Positions 17,790 to 26,996 of a stretch of 64,000 bases of DNA are shown in pieces. The notes under the pieces were generated by a model, which saw only the letters and a list, made by a program, of their open reading frames with translations, ran no database searches and had not been told where the DNA came from. The DNA lies in contig JAQTYZ010000001.1 of the NCBI GenBank assembly GCA_028688055.1, positions 39,866 to 103,865 on the forward strand, written 5' to 3'. The position numbers and the translations under genes were made by a program. This DNA is from Patescibacteria group bacterium. GTDB taxonomy: Bacteria > Patescibacteriota > Patescibacteriia > Buchananbacterales > UBA6539. Position 1 is the first letter of the stretch. Each line of letters begins with the position of its first letter.

Positions 17790-18521
17790 ATGGTTAAAAA
17801 AGTTAAGAAAAATAAATCAAGTCATACCAGAGTACTTAATCTACCATCAATTAAGTTGCCAATTAAACCATTGACTCATCGTGATATTGACCGTGATATT
17901 CAAAGTCGGGTTTCTCGAATCGATGTTGAGTTTACTAATGGTTTTAATTTTATCAAAACCATTTCGCAGTCGGTAACTTTTTTTGGATCAGCTCGTTTAC
18001 CTAAAAAAGATCCGTATTACCAAAAAGCTGAACGGCTTGGCAAACGCATCGCGGCGATGGGGTATTCGGTTGTTACTGGTGGTGGGCCGGGAATTATGGA
18101 AGCGGCCAATCGCGGGGCTTTTAAGGAGAATAAAAATTATTCAGTTGGTTTAACGATACGTTTGCCTCGCGAGCAGGTTGTTAATCCATATATCAACAAT
18201 TATTATGAGTTTTATTATTTTTTTACGCGAAAAGTTTGCTTAACTTTTTCAGCTGAAGCCTATGTTTATTTCCCCGGCGGTTTTGGAACTTTAGATGAAT
18301 TTTTCGAAATTTTAACCTTGGTCCAAACTAATAAAATCGTCAAAGTGCCAATCATTTTAGTTGGTAAAGATTTTTGGCAGCCGCTTGATGATTTTATCAA
18401 AAAAACTTTGGCCAAAAAATATCAAACTATCCACGGCCAGGATCGCAATTTGTATATTATTACCGACGACGAAGATAAGATTATGGAGATTGTCAGCCAA
18501 GCGCCGATTAAACAATGGTAG
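17790..18521 (+). CDS. LOG-family protein (cytokinin riboside 5'-monophosphate phosphoribohydrolase-like, TIGR00730)
   Basis: Motifs VTGGGPGIMEAANRGA and PGGFGTLDE are present. The start is taken at the ATG at 17790, just after the upstream stop. Confidence 0.75.
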   Translation: MVKKVKKNKSSHTRVLNLPSIKLPIKPLTHRDIDRDIQSRVSRIDVEFTNGFNFIKTISQSVTFFGSARLPKKDPYYQKAERLGKRIAAMGYSVVTGGGPGIMEAANRGAFKENKNYSVGLTIRLPREQVVNPYINNYYEFYYFFTRKVCLTFSAEAYVYFPGGFGTLDEFFEILTLVQTNKIVKVPIILVGKDFWQPLDDFIKKTLAKKYQTIHGQDRNLYIITDDEDKIMEIVSQAPIKQW

Positions 18522-18531
18522 TTATTTGCCT

Positions 18532-21060
18532 ATGGCCCAACAAGATATTCTAAAGTACAGTGCCAAAAGTATCGCTGAAGTTAGCGCCGATTTTGGCGTT
18601 AATTTTGATACTGGTTTAAGCGAAGTCGAGGCCGAAAAACGACTTGGTCTGAACGGACGCAACGAGTTATCTAATCAAAAGGTTAAGTGGTGGGATATTC
18701 TCTGGCGTCAGTTAGCATCGCCCTTTATCTATTTTTTATTTGGTGCCGGGGTTTTATCATTATCATTACGGGAGTTTATTGATGGTTTAATGATTTTTTT
18801 ATTTTTACTGATTAATACCGCGCTTGGTTTTTATCAGGAATTTCGTTCCGAAAAAACCTTGGAATTATTAAAAACCTTTGTGGCCTCATATTCTAAGGTG
18901 TTTCGAGGGGGTAAGGAAATGGTCATTGCTTCCAGTCTGTTAGTACCGGGTGATTTAATTATTTTAGAAACCGGCGACAAGATTCCCGCTGATGTTAGAT
19001 TTATTGATTGTATTAACACCACGGTTGATGAGTCAATTTTGACCGGCGAATCGATTGCGATAAAAAAAGTTGCCTCGGAATTGTCTAAGCCAGCAACTGA
19101 AATGTTTGAGGCGGTCAATTTTGGTTTTTCGGGAACAGCCCTTGTCAACGGTAAGGCTAAGGCAATTGTCTTGGCAACCGGCAAGGGAACCGCGTTAGGT
19201 CAGGTTAGTAAATTAGTCGCTGAAACAAAGCATGTCAGTAATTTTGAGAAGGGCATTGCCAAGTTTAGTAAATTTATTTTGCAGCTTATTGTCGTCACCT
19301 TAATTTTTATTTTTTTGGCAAATATTTTTATCAAAGGTTCAAGCGCCAATATTATTGAATTAATTATTTTTTCAATCGCGTTGGCGGTTAGTGTTATTCC
19401 TGAAGCGCTGCCGGTCGTTACAACTTTTTCACTTTCCCGCGGCGCGCTCAGATTGGCGAAACAAAAAGTAGTCGTCAAACGGTTGTCAGCTGTTGAAGAT
19501 TTAGGTGGTATTGAAGTTTTATGTACGGATAAGACCGGAACGTTAACGGAAAATAAATTAACCGTGATTGATTTATATGGTCAAGCCGACACAGTATTTT
19601 GGAGTAATCTTGCAACTTCATCACCCCAAGAAAAGAAGTTAGAGCCTTTTGATATTGCCCTTTGGGACCGGCTTTCGGGTAAAGAAAAAAATGATCTTAA
19701 AAAATATCAGCGTTTGGCCGATGTGCCGTTTGATCCGCTTCGCCGCCGTAATAGCGTGCTGGCTAAGGATGCTAATCAGCAAGTATTAATTGTTCGAGGA
19801 GCACCTGAGGCAATAATTAGTTTATGTTCAAACTTTACTTCAGCTCAAAAAAGTAAAGCTTTAAAATGGGTGTCGGAACAAGGTGAAGTCGGCCATCGGG
19901 TTTTAGCCGTGGCCAAACGAGAGCTTCATCTTCGTGACTACTCAACGGTGGTTGATAATGAAAAAGACCTAAAGTTTATTGGCATTATTTCATTTACTGA
20001 CCCGATCAAATCAACAACGACCGCGGCGGTTAAACATTCGCGCGAACTTGGCGTCAGCATTAAAATCATTACTGGTGATAGTCGCGAGGTTGCCGGAGCG
20101 GTGGCGAAACAAATTGGTTTGATTGATGACTGTCATCAAGTAATTAGCGGTGAAGAACTTGACCAGTTGTCGGTTAGCAAACAACTGGCCGCTGTTGAAA
20201 GTTTTTCCGTTTTTGCCAGAATTTCGCCGGAGCAAAAATATAAGATTATCGAGTTACTGCAGAAAAAATTTGCCGTTGGATTTTTAGGCGAAGGCATCAA
20301 TGACGCGCCGGCTCTCAAGATCGCTGGTGTTTCAATGGTGGTCCAAAGTGCGGCGGACATCGCCAGAGAGGCGGCGGACATCGTGTTAATAAATAAAAGT
20401 TTGAAATCAATTGTTGATGGCATCAAAGAGGGAAGAAAAATTTTTGCTAATACTACCAAGTATATCCGGGCCACACTGTCGTCAAATTTCGGAAATTTTT
20501 ATGCAGTGGCTGTAGCCTCGCTGCTGATAAATTATTTACCAATGTTGGCGCTTCAGATCTTATTGGTAAACTTATTATCAGATTTTCCAATGATTGCCAT
20601 TGCTTCAGATAATATTGATTCGGAGGAAATAGAAAACCCCAAGCAGTATAATTTAAAGGAAATTGTTTTGATCGCGACGTTACTTGGTGTTGTCAGTAGT
20701 GTTTTTGATTTTATTTTTTTTGGTATTTATTCGCGTATTTCACCGCACGTGCTGCAAACCAATTGGTTTATTGGTAGTATTTTGACCGAATTAGTTTTTA
20801 TGTTTTCGATTAGAACCAAGCGTCCATTTTTTCGCTCCAAGCGTCCATCGAGTCCGCTTCTCTGGCTAAGCGTTCTCGCCGCGTTTGTAACGGTTGGGTT
20901 GCCTTATACTTATCTTGGCCAACATATATTTTCCTTGACGCCGCCAACCCCGCAATTTTTAGCCATCGACTTAGCTTTAGTCTTAGCATATTTTGTCGTA
21001 ACCGAAACAGTGAAGTTGATGTATTATCGTCGTTTCAGTCCATCGGTGGCTAGTAAATAA
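18532..21060 (+). CDS. Cation-transporting P-type ATPase (P2/P3-type, Ca2+/Mg2+-like)
   Basis: It has the TGES actuator motif, the phosphorylation site CTDKTGTLT, the TGD motif and the GDGINDAPALK hinge, with 8-10 TM helices. The start is taken at the ATG at 18532 (MAQQDILKYS). Confidence 0.85.
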   Translation: MAQQDILKYSAKSIAEVSADFGVNFDTGLSEVEAEKRLGLNGRNELSNQKVKWWDILWRQLASPFIYFLFGAGVLSLSLREFIDGLMIFLFLLINTALGFYQEFRSEKTLELLKTFVASYSKVFRGGKEMVIASSLLVPGDLIILETGDKIPADVRFIDCINTTVDESILTGESIAIKKVASELSKPATEMFEAVNFGFSGTALVNGKAKAIVLATGKGTALGQVSKLVAETKHVSNFEKGIAKFSKFILQLIVVTLIFIFLANIFIKGSSANIIELIIFSIALAVSVIPEALPVVTTFSLSRGALRLAKQKVVVKRLSAVEDLGGIEVLCTDKTGTLTENKLTVIDLYGQADTVFWSNLATSSPQEKKLEPFDIALWDRLSGKEKNDLKKYQRLADVPFDPLRRRNSVLAKDANQQVLIVRGAPEAIISLCSNFTSAQKSKALKWVSEQGEVGHRVLAVAKRELHLRDYSTVVDNEKDLKFIGIISFTDPIKSTTTAAVKHSRELGVSIKIITGDSREVAGAVAKQIGLIDDCHQVISGEELDQLSVSKQLAAVESFSVFARISPEQKYKIIELLQKKFAVGFLGEGINDAPALKIAGVSMVVQSAADIAREAADIVLINKSLKSIVDGIKEGRKIFANTTKYIRATLSSNFGNFYAVAVASLLINYLPMLALQILLVNLLSDFPMIAIASDNIDSEEIENPKQYNLKEIVLIATLLGVVSSVFDFIFFGIYSRISPHVLQTNWFIGSILTELVFMFSIRTKRPFFRSKRPSSPLLWLSVLAAFVTVGLPYTYLGQHIFSLTPPTPQFLAIDLALVLAYFVVTETVKLMYYRRFSPSVASK

Positions 21061-21104
21061 AATGAAATTATAATATAATATAGAGGCATAATAATTTTAA
21101 ACCT

Positions 21105-21845
21105 ATGAAATCAACCTCCACTCGTTTGCAGGGAAAAGTGGCAATTGTCACCGGTGCGGCGTCAGGCCTGGGTAAGGCGAGCGCTGATCTTTTTTTAGCC
21201 AATGGCGCGAAAGTCGTCTACGCCGATGTTAAAAATATTAAGGTCAAATCGGCCAAGGCCTTATTTATCAATTGTGATGTTTCAAGTTCGGCGTCGGTAA
21301 ATAATTTAGTCGCCGCTACGGTCAAAAAATTTGGTCGGCTGGATATTATGTTTAATAATGCTGGCATTGCGACTGGTGGTACAGCCGTCAATACGACTGA
21401 TGAAATTTGGACTAAAACTTTAATGGTTAATTTATCCGGCGCTTTTTATGGCACGCGAGCGGCGGCTAAATATATGCAGCGTGAAAAAATTAATGGGTCA
21501 ATTATTAATACGGCATCAATTGCCGGGCTCGTTGGTTTTCAAGACTCGTTGGCTTACTGCTCCTCGAAGGGAGGAATTATCCAGCTCACGCGCGCGGCCG
21601 CCTTGGATTTGGCAAAATTTGGTATCAGGGTTAATGCGATTGCCCCTGGTGTTATTGATACCAATATGACTAAGCCATACTTGACCGATAAAAATTACGC
21701 CAATTTTTTTAAATTATCAACGCCGCTTGGTCGGATTGGTGTCCCGCTCGATATTGCTAATGCCGCTCTATATCTAGCTTCGGCTGAATCAGGTTTTGTG
21801 ACTGGCAGCGTGTTAACTGTTGACGGCGGCTGGGTGGCTAAATAA
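21105..21845 (+). CDS. SDR-family oxidoreductase (FabG-like)
   Basis: It has the TGAASGLGKA Rossmann motif, NNAG and the catalytic YCSSK (YxxxK). Confidence 0.8.
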   Translation: MKSTSTRLQGKVAIVTGAASGLGKASADLFLANGAKVVYADVKNIKVKSAKALFINCDVSSSASVNNLVAATVKKFGRLDIMFNNAGIATGGTAVNTTDEIWTKTLMVNLSGAFYGTRAAAKYMQREKINGSIINTASIAGLVGFQDSLAYCSSKGGIIQLTRAAALDLAKFGIRVNAIAPGVIDTNMTKPYLTDKNYANFFKLSTPLGRIGVPLDIANAALYLASAESGFVTGSVLTVDGGWVAK

Positions 21846-21852
21846 AAAATAT

Positions 21853-22191
21853 ATGATTTTTTTACTTCGTTGGTTGATTTTAACATTAGCTATTGTCATT
21901 ACCGCTTACTTGTTGTCCGCCGTAGTTATTAATAGTTTAGTAGCTGCTTTAATTGCGGCCCTCGTTTTAGGGTTAATTAACGTGACGATTAAGCCGGTTT
22001 TATTAATTTTGACTTTACCAATAAATATTTTAACGCTGGGACTTCTGACTTTGGTTATTAATGCGTTGATGATTTTACTAACGAGTTGGCTCGTACCTGG
22101 TTTTCAAGTCCACGGGTTTTGGTGGGCAATGCTATTCAGTATTGTATTGTCAATTATTAATTATTTCTTAAGTCAAATCCTAAACGATTAA
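21853..22191 (+). CDS. Small four-TM membrane protein of the phage-holin-4_2 / DUF360 family
   Basis: ALIAALVLGLINVTIKPVLLILTLPINILTLGLLTLVINALMILLTSWLVPGF matches the conserved core of that family. The start is taken at the ATG at 21853. Confidence 0.55.
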   Translation: MIFLLRWLILTLAIVITAYLLSAVVINSLVAALIAALVLGLINVTIKPVLLILTLPINILTLGLLTLVINALMILLTSWLVPGFQVHGFWWAMLFSIVLSIINYFLSQILND

Positions 22192-22272
22192 TTAAACCAA
22201 TCGGTACAAAAGAGGCTTACTTAGCCTCTTTTGACTTTGCTAAAAAAATGTGGGAAAATTAGTAAACGTTAA

Positions 22273-24369
22273 ATGTTTTTAATCAATTTAGTTATGGTGA
22301 AATACGTTCTAAAACCGTTTGAAGCTGCTGGCAAAAATTTACTGATCGATTATCGCTCTGAATTAAATGATGAACAATTTACGGCTGTTACTGACCTTAA
22401 CGGGTCTCTTTTAGTTTTAGCTGGCGCCGGCTCGGGCAAAACCAGAACTTTAGTTTATCGCGTTGCCTATCTGATTGAAAAGGGAATCAAGCCGGATCGA
22501 ATTTTATTGATGACCTTTACCAATAAGGCGTCAAAAGAAATGCTTAACCGCGTTGAGATTTTATTAAAAATTAAACCGCAAGGACTTTGGGGTGGCACTT
22601 TTCATCACGTTGGCAATCGCGTTTTGAGAATATACGGCAAAAAAATTGGTATTAATCCTGATTTTACGATTTTAGATTCAGAGGATGCCAGAGATTTAGC
22701 CAAGGTTTGTTTGAGCGAAGCTGATTTTGTTAGAGATAAATATTTTCCTAAGGCTGATACAATTTTAAAAATCATCAGTTTAAGCGTCAATGTTAATGAA
22801 TCAATTGAAAAAATCGTTGCCGAACGGTTTTCTTATTTAGCTGATGATGTGGTGCCAAAAATTGAAAGCGTCGCTGCACTTTACAAAGTTAAGAAAGCTA
22901 AAGCCAATAGCTTGGATTATGATGATTTATTGAGTAAGTGGTTAGAACTGCTAGAAACTGACCGTGCCACTCAGCAGAAATTAGCTACTAAATTTCAGCA
23001 TATTTTAGTTGATGAATATCAGGACACCAATTATCTGCAGGGAAAAATTATTAAACTCTTGGCCGGGCCTAAAACTTGTGTTTTAGCCGTTGGTGATGAC
23101 TCACAAAGTATCTATTCGTTTCGCGGGGCCACGGTTAAAAATATTTTAAATTTCCCAAAAATTTTCCCGGACGCCAAAATTTACAAACTTGAAACCAATT
23201 ATCGTTCGACGCCGCAAATTTTGCGCTTAGCCAATGATTCAATTAAATTCAATCTTAATCAATTTGACAAGAAGTTGAAAACCAATAAGTCGGATGCTGA
23301 CAAGCCAGTCTTAGCTTCATTCTATGACGCCAATGAGCAAGCCGACTTTGTTTGCCAGCGGATTTTGGAATTGCAAAGTGATCAAAATATCGGTTTGAAT
23401 GAAATGGCGGTATTATTTCGCGCCCATTATCAATCACTGGAAATTGAAATGGCGTTCAGTAAGCGTAATATCCCTTATGATATGCGCGGTGGTTTGCGCT
23501 TTTTTGAACAAGCCCACATTAAAGATGTCGTTGCTCACTTAAAAGCGTTAAATAATCTTAATGATGAAATTGCTTGGCTGAGAATATTGAGGCTACAGCC
23601 GGGGATTGGTGAGGCGATTGCCAGAAGAATCTGGCAACAAATTTCCAGTTTTCCCGATCTTAAAACAGCGTTGTCGGCCAGTTATGCCAACGTCGTGGGT
23701 GGTAAAGCGGCCAGCGGCTGGTCAACACTTGCTCACTTACTTTATGAAATGTCAGCCATTGGGCAAAACAGCGTTTCGCAATTAATGGCCTTGATTCTAA
23801 AGTCTGGTTATGATAAATATATCACCGCAAATTTTGAAAACGCAACTGATCGCATTGATGACTTAAAGGAGTTGGTTGAGTATGCTTCGACTTATGAAAC
23901 CCTCGAGAAATTTTTGTCCGATGTCGCGCTGTCCGAAGGTTTCAAGGGTCAAAGTATCGTCGACTATCAGGCGGCGCCGGCCGAGGCGGTGACGTTATCA
24001 ACTGTTCATCAAGCCAAGGGCCTGGAGTGGAAAGTCGTCTTCATTATTGGCCTAGCTGATGGACAATTTCCTCATGCCAAAGTTTTTGATTTTCCTGATC
24101 AGCTTGAAGAAGAGCGGCGGCTATTTTATGTCGCGGTCACTCGGGCTAAAGATCAGCTTTATATGTCGTATCCGATGATGTCGGTGCGAGGCGATACTTT
24201 CAATCGGGTTTCGCAATTTATTTCCGAAATTTCTGAAGCTAATTATGACAAATGGGATATTGAGTCAGGAGCTAAAACTGATTATACTGATCTAGCCGAT
24301 GGTGACGTAAAGTATGTGGATGAAGATCGGGGGTCAATTTTAGATATTTATTTAAAGAATCGGCGCTAG
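22273..24369 (+). CDS. UvrD/PcrA/Rep-family ATP-dependent DNA helicase
   Basis: It has Walker A LAGAGSGKTRTL (helicase motif I), TFTNKA, the VDEYQDTN motif and a C-terminal UvrD_C region. Length is 698 aa. Confidence 0.85.
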   Translation: MFLINLVMVKYVLKPFEAAGKNLLIDYRSELNDEQFTAVTDLNGSLLVLAGAGSGKTRTLVYRVAYLIEKGIKPDRILLMTFTNKASKEMLNRVEILLKIKPQGLWGGTFHHVGNRVLRIYGKKIGINPDFTILDSEDARDLAKVCLSEADFVRDKYFPKADTILKIISLSVNVNESIEKIVAERFSYLADDVVPKIESVAALYKVKKAKANSLDYDDLLSKWLELLETDRATQQKLATKFQHILVDEYQDTNYLQGKIIKLLAGPKTCVLAVGDDSQSIYSFRGATVKNILNFPKIFPDAKIYKLETNYRSTPQILRLANDSIKFNLNQFDKKLKTNKSDADKPVLASFYDANEQADFVCQRILELQSDQNIGLNEMAVLFRAHYQSLEIEMAFSKRNIPYDMRGGLRFFEQAHIKDVVAHLKALNNLNDEIAWLRILRLQPGIGEAIARRIWQQISSFPDLKTALSASYANVVGGKAASGWSTLAHLLYEMSAIGQNSVSQLMALILKSGYDKYITANFENATDRIDDLKELVEYASTYETLEKFLSDVALSEGFKGQSIVDYQAAPAEAVTLSTVHQAKGLEWKVVFIIGLADGQFPHAKVFDFPDQLEEERRLFYVAVTRAKDQLYMSYPMMSVRGDTFNRVSQFISEISEANYDKWDIESGAKTDYTDLADGDVKYVDEDRGSILDIYLKNRR

Positions 24370-24390
24370 AGATATCCACCGTAACATTTT

Positions 24391-24419
24391 TTGACGCACT
24401 ACATAGAGTAGTGTATACT
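24391..24419 (+). promoter_or_regulatory. Promoter of the dsbA-like gene with an embedded dyad
   Basis: The -35 is TTGACG, the 17-nt spacer is cactacatagagtagtg and the -10 is TATACT. The spacer contains the inverted repeat cactac/gtagtg. The arsR promoter at 26616 uses the same hexamers. Confidence 0.5.
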
Positions 24420-24453
24420 TAAAATAAGTTAATTATTTAATTATTATTTTTTT

Positions 24454-25194
24454 ATGTCGCAAGGTTTTTTTGACAATATGAATGGCAAACAAGGCTTAGT
24501 CTTTGGCTTAATCACTGGTATCGCCATTGTTAGTCTGGTCGGTATGGGGGCTTTATTGGCCAACGGTGGCAGTTTTTTTACCCCTAATAATAGTGGTAAT
24601 AATATTGCCGACGCTAACCCAACACCAACACCAACACCAACACCCTCACCTGATCCTGTTGCCGATGCCAGTAAAATAGCGGCGGTAACTAAAACTGATC
24701 ACGTTCGGGGTAATTTTAATGCCAAGTTGACCCTCGTTGAGTATTCCGATTTTCAGTGTCCGTTTTGCGGTCGACACGAGCCAACAGTCGAGCAAATAAT
24801 GGCGAAGTATGGTGATAAAGTTAGATTGGTTTATCGACATTTCCCGTTAACTTCAATTCATCCCTACGCTCAAAAGGCATCCGAGGCTTCAGAGTGCGCG
24901 TCAGAGCAGGGAAAATTTTGGGAATATCATGATATCCTATTCAAAAATCAGGATGCTTTAACCGTTAGTGACTTAAAAAAATATGCTGGAACGCTTAGCC
25001 TAAAACAAGATCAATTTGATGCTTGCCTCGATTCAGGTAAATACACTCAAAAGGTAAATACCGAGGCTTCAGAGGCGCAGGCGGCTGGTGTGACTGGTAC
25101 GCCGGGAACGTTTGTTGGTGACCAGCTGGTTAGTGGGGCGGTACCATTCGCTCAATTTACGCAGATTATCGATTCTCAGTTAAGTAAGTTGTAA
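24454..25194 (+). CDS. DsbA-like thioredoxin-fold protein (thiol:disulfide oxidoreductase), membrane-anchored
   Basis: It has an N-terminal TM helix, a (PT)n linker and the CPFC active site in DFQCPFCGRHEP. The spacing of the fold is DsbA/BdbD-like. Confidence 0.7.
   Translation: MSQGFFDNMNGKQGLVFGLITGIAIVSLVGMGALLANGGSFFTPNNSGNNIADANPTPTPTPTPSPDPVADASKIAAVTKTDHVRGNFNAKLTLVEYSDFQCPFCGRHEPTVEQIMAKYGDKVRLVYRHFPLTSIHPYAQKASEASECASEQGKFWEYHDILFKNQDALTVSDLKKYAGTLSLKQDQFDACLDSGKYTQKVNTEASEAQAAGVTGTPGTFVGDQLVSGAVPFAQFTQIIDSQLSKL
24621..24644 (+). repeat. (aacacc)4 microsatellite encoding a PTPTPTPT linker
   Basis: It is a direct hexanucleotide tandem repeat inside the dsbA-like ORF. Confidence 0.7.
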
Positions 25195-25202
25195 CCATCA
25201 AA

Positions 25203-25230
25203 GGCCGCTTAAGCTAAGGCTTAAGCGGCC
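25203..25230 (+). promoter_or_regulatory. Perfect 12-bp inverted repeat, either a hairpin or an operator, 13 nt upstream of blaI
   Basis: The sequence is ggccgcttaagc-taag-gcttaagcggcc. No U-tract follows, so it is not a canonical terminator. It may be a BlaI-family operator or an attenuator. Confidence 0.4.
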
Positions 25231-25242
25231 TGGTTAAAAAAA

Positions 25243-25650
25243 ATGAAAAAATTTAAACCGTCAACAATTCATTTGGCCGCGCGCGGGCCGCAAAAAGTTT
25301 TGGGCGAAGTGGAATCCAAAATTATGAATTTGGTTTGGCGCGATACGGAGCTAACCGTGAGACAAGTTCGAGATTTCTTAGCAGCTGAGTATAAAGAGCT
25401 CTCATTTAATGCGGTTATGACAATAATGAACCGTTTAACCGTTAAAAAATTACTCTTAAAAAAAAGCAAAGCGGGAATCAATGTTTACCAGTCACTCGTC
25501 ACTCGGGCGGATTTTTCTAGGTTGATAACCAGAGATATTATCGCATCGCTGCTTGAAGACCCGATGCTGTTTAGTAGCGCCGGATTTTTGGGTATTGCCA
25601 AAGATTTTGACGATAAAGACATTGCCAAACTAAAAAAATTGCTCAGCTAA
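25243..25650 (+). CDS. BlaI/MecI/CopY-family transcriptional repressor
   Basis: The winged-helix N-terminus GEVESKIMNLVW...TVRQV...NAVMTIMNRLTVKKLL matches the Penicillinase_R family. Length is 135 aa. Confidence 0.7.
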   Translation: MKKFKPSTIHLAARGPQKVLGEVESKIMNLVWRDTELTVRQVRDFLAAEYKELSFNAVMTIMNRLTVKKLLLKKSKAGINVYQSLVTRADFSRLITRDIIASLLEDPMLFSSAGFLGIAKDFDDKDIAKLKKLLS

Positions 25651-25654
25651 AATT

Positions 25655-26614
25655 ATGATGAATTTAATCAAATTTCGTCAGCAGTTTTATTTAGGTCTGT
25701 TGGCGATTAGTCTGCCGATATTTTTGTTGGTGGCGTTTTTAGGCGGCTTAAAAAAAATTGTTGGCAACTGGAATATATTTTTTTCGTTCTGTTCAAAAAC
25801 TATTAATTTTTTGTTCGGATTTATATTTTACTATCAAAATTTTTGGCTCATTCTAATTGTTGGCGGTTTTGCCTTTTATTTATTCAAAGGCTTTACTTTT
25901 ATTTTGTTGCAAACTTTTAAATTAAGTCGCATCAAAAACCGCCTCAATAACTCGTTGTCAACTAGTGTGGTGGGTCTCCGTGGTAACTTAATAGTTGAAG
26001 ATTCCAGGGTTTATGCTTTTACGACCGGTTTTTTACAGCCCAAAACCTATCTTTCAACCGGACTACTAAAGAAACTAGCTTATGAAGAATTGGTGGCCGT
26101 AACGACTCATGAAGATTTCCATCGCCATAATTTTCATCCCTTAAGTTTGTTACTGATTAATTCGCTTAGAGCTTTTTTTTCTTTTTTGCCGTTAGTAAAA
26201 GACGTGGCCGATTTTTTGGGTAAACGCTATGAATATCAAGCTGACGTCGCGGCCTTAGCTTTTGTGAGTAAAAGAACTTTAGCGACCGCCTTAGTTAAGG
26301 TTTTGGAAATAGACAACACAATTGATCTCCCGATAGCCGTTGCTTCATTCGCGTCAAATTATCGCGTTGATTTATTGACCTCAAATCAAGCTCCAAAATT
26401 ATTGTTTTCAAAATTTTGGTTGGTCGTAAGTTTAACCGTCTTTATCGGAGCAGTGGCTTTAACCTTTAGTCCGTCAGCCAGTCGGGCATCGACCAAGATC
26501 GTTAACAGTGGTGCTAATAATTTTTATTGTTTTAGCTCGGGCGAATCAATTATGTCACTAGTGAGTTTTGGCCAATCCGAAGCACTGATGACTATTGATT
26601 TTTCTAATAAATAG
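25655..26614 (+). CDS. BlaR1/MecR1-like M56 membrane metallopeptidase lacking the C-terminal sensor domain
   Basis: There are multiple TM helices and an HExxH motif (THEDFH) in a cytoplasmic loop. It lies 4 nt downstream of blaI. At 319 aa it is far shorter than the ~585 aa of sensor-bearing BlaR1. Confidence 0.6.
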   Translation: MMNLIKFRQQFYLGLLAISLPIFLLVAFLGGLKKIVGNWNIFFSFCSKTINFLFGFIFYYQNFWLILIVGGFAFYLFKGFTFILLQTFKLSRIKNRLNNSLSTSVVGLRGNLIVEDSRVYAFTTGFLQPKTYLSTGLLKKLAYEELVAVTTHEDFHRHNFHPLSLLLINSLRAFFSFLPLVKDVADFLGKRYEYQADVAALAFVSKRTLATALVKVLEIDNTIDLPIAVASFASNYRVDLLTSNQAPKLLFSKFWLVVSLTVFIGAVALTFSPSASRASTKIVNSGANNFYCFSSGESIMSLVSFGQSEALMTIDFSNK

Positions 26615-26615
26615 T

Positions 26616-26644
26616 TTGACGCTGATTTTTTTTGATTATATACT
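26616..26644 (+). promoter_or_regulatory. Promoter of the arsR-family gene
   Basis: The -35 TTGACG, a 17-nt spacer and the -10 TATACT are the same hexamers as in the dsbA-like promoter. Confidence 0.45.
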
Positions 26645-26671
26645 TAAGAAGTTGCTTAATTATTTAAAGAT

Positions 26672-26989
26672 ATGATTTCCGCGTCCGAATTATCACAACT
26701 TAAAAAATACGCTTCAAAAGTTGATGAAAAAATGGTTCGTTTATTTGATGCCCTTGGTGATATTAATCGCTATAAAATTTTTAATCTGCTGTTAGAAAAA
26801 AGAGGGGACATCTGCGTTTCTGAGTTTGCCGAGATCCTAAAAATTTCAGTACCGGCCGCATCACAGCAATTAAAAAGTTTAGAGCTCTCTGGGCTAATTA
26901 AAAGAGTCAGAAACGGCCAGTCAATTTGTTATCAAGCTAAAGCGACCGATCCGCGCGTTAAGTCGCTTATTACTTCCATCAAATCATAA
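26672..26989 (+). CDS. ArsR/SmtB-family transcriptional regulator
   Basis: LGDINRYKIFNLLLEKRGDICVSEFAEILKISVPAASQQLKSLELSGLIKRVRNGQSICY is a classic ArsR HTH. Confidence 0.75.
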   Translation: MISASELSQLKKYASKVDEKMVRLFDALGDINRYKIFNLLLEKRGDICVSEFAEILKISVPAASQQLKSLELSGLIKRVRNGQSICYQAKATDPRVKSLITSIKS

Positions 26990-26996
26990 AACGATT

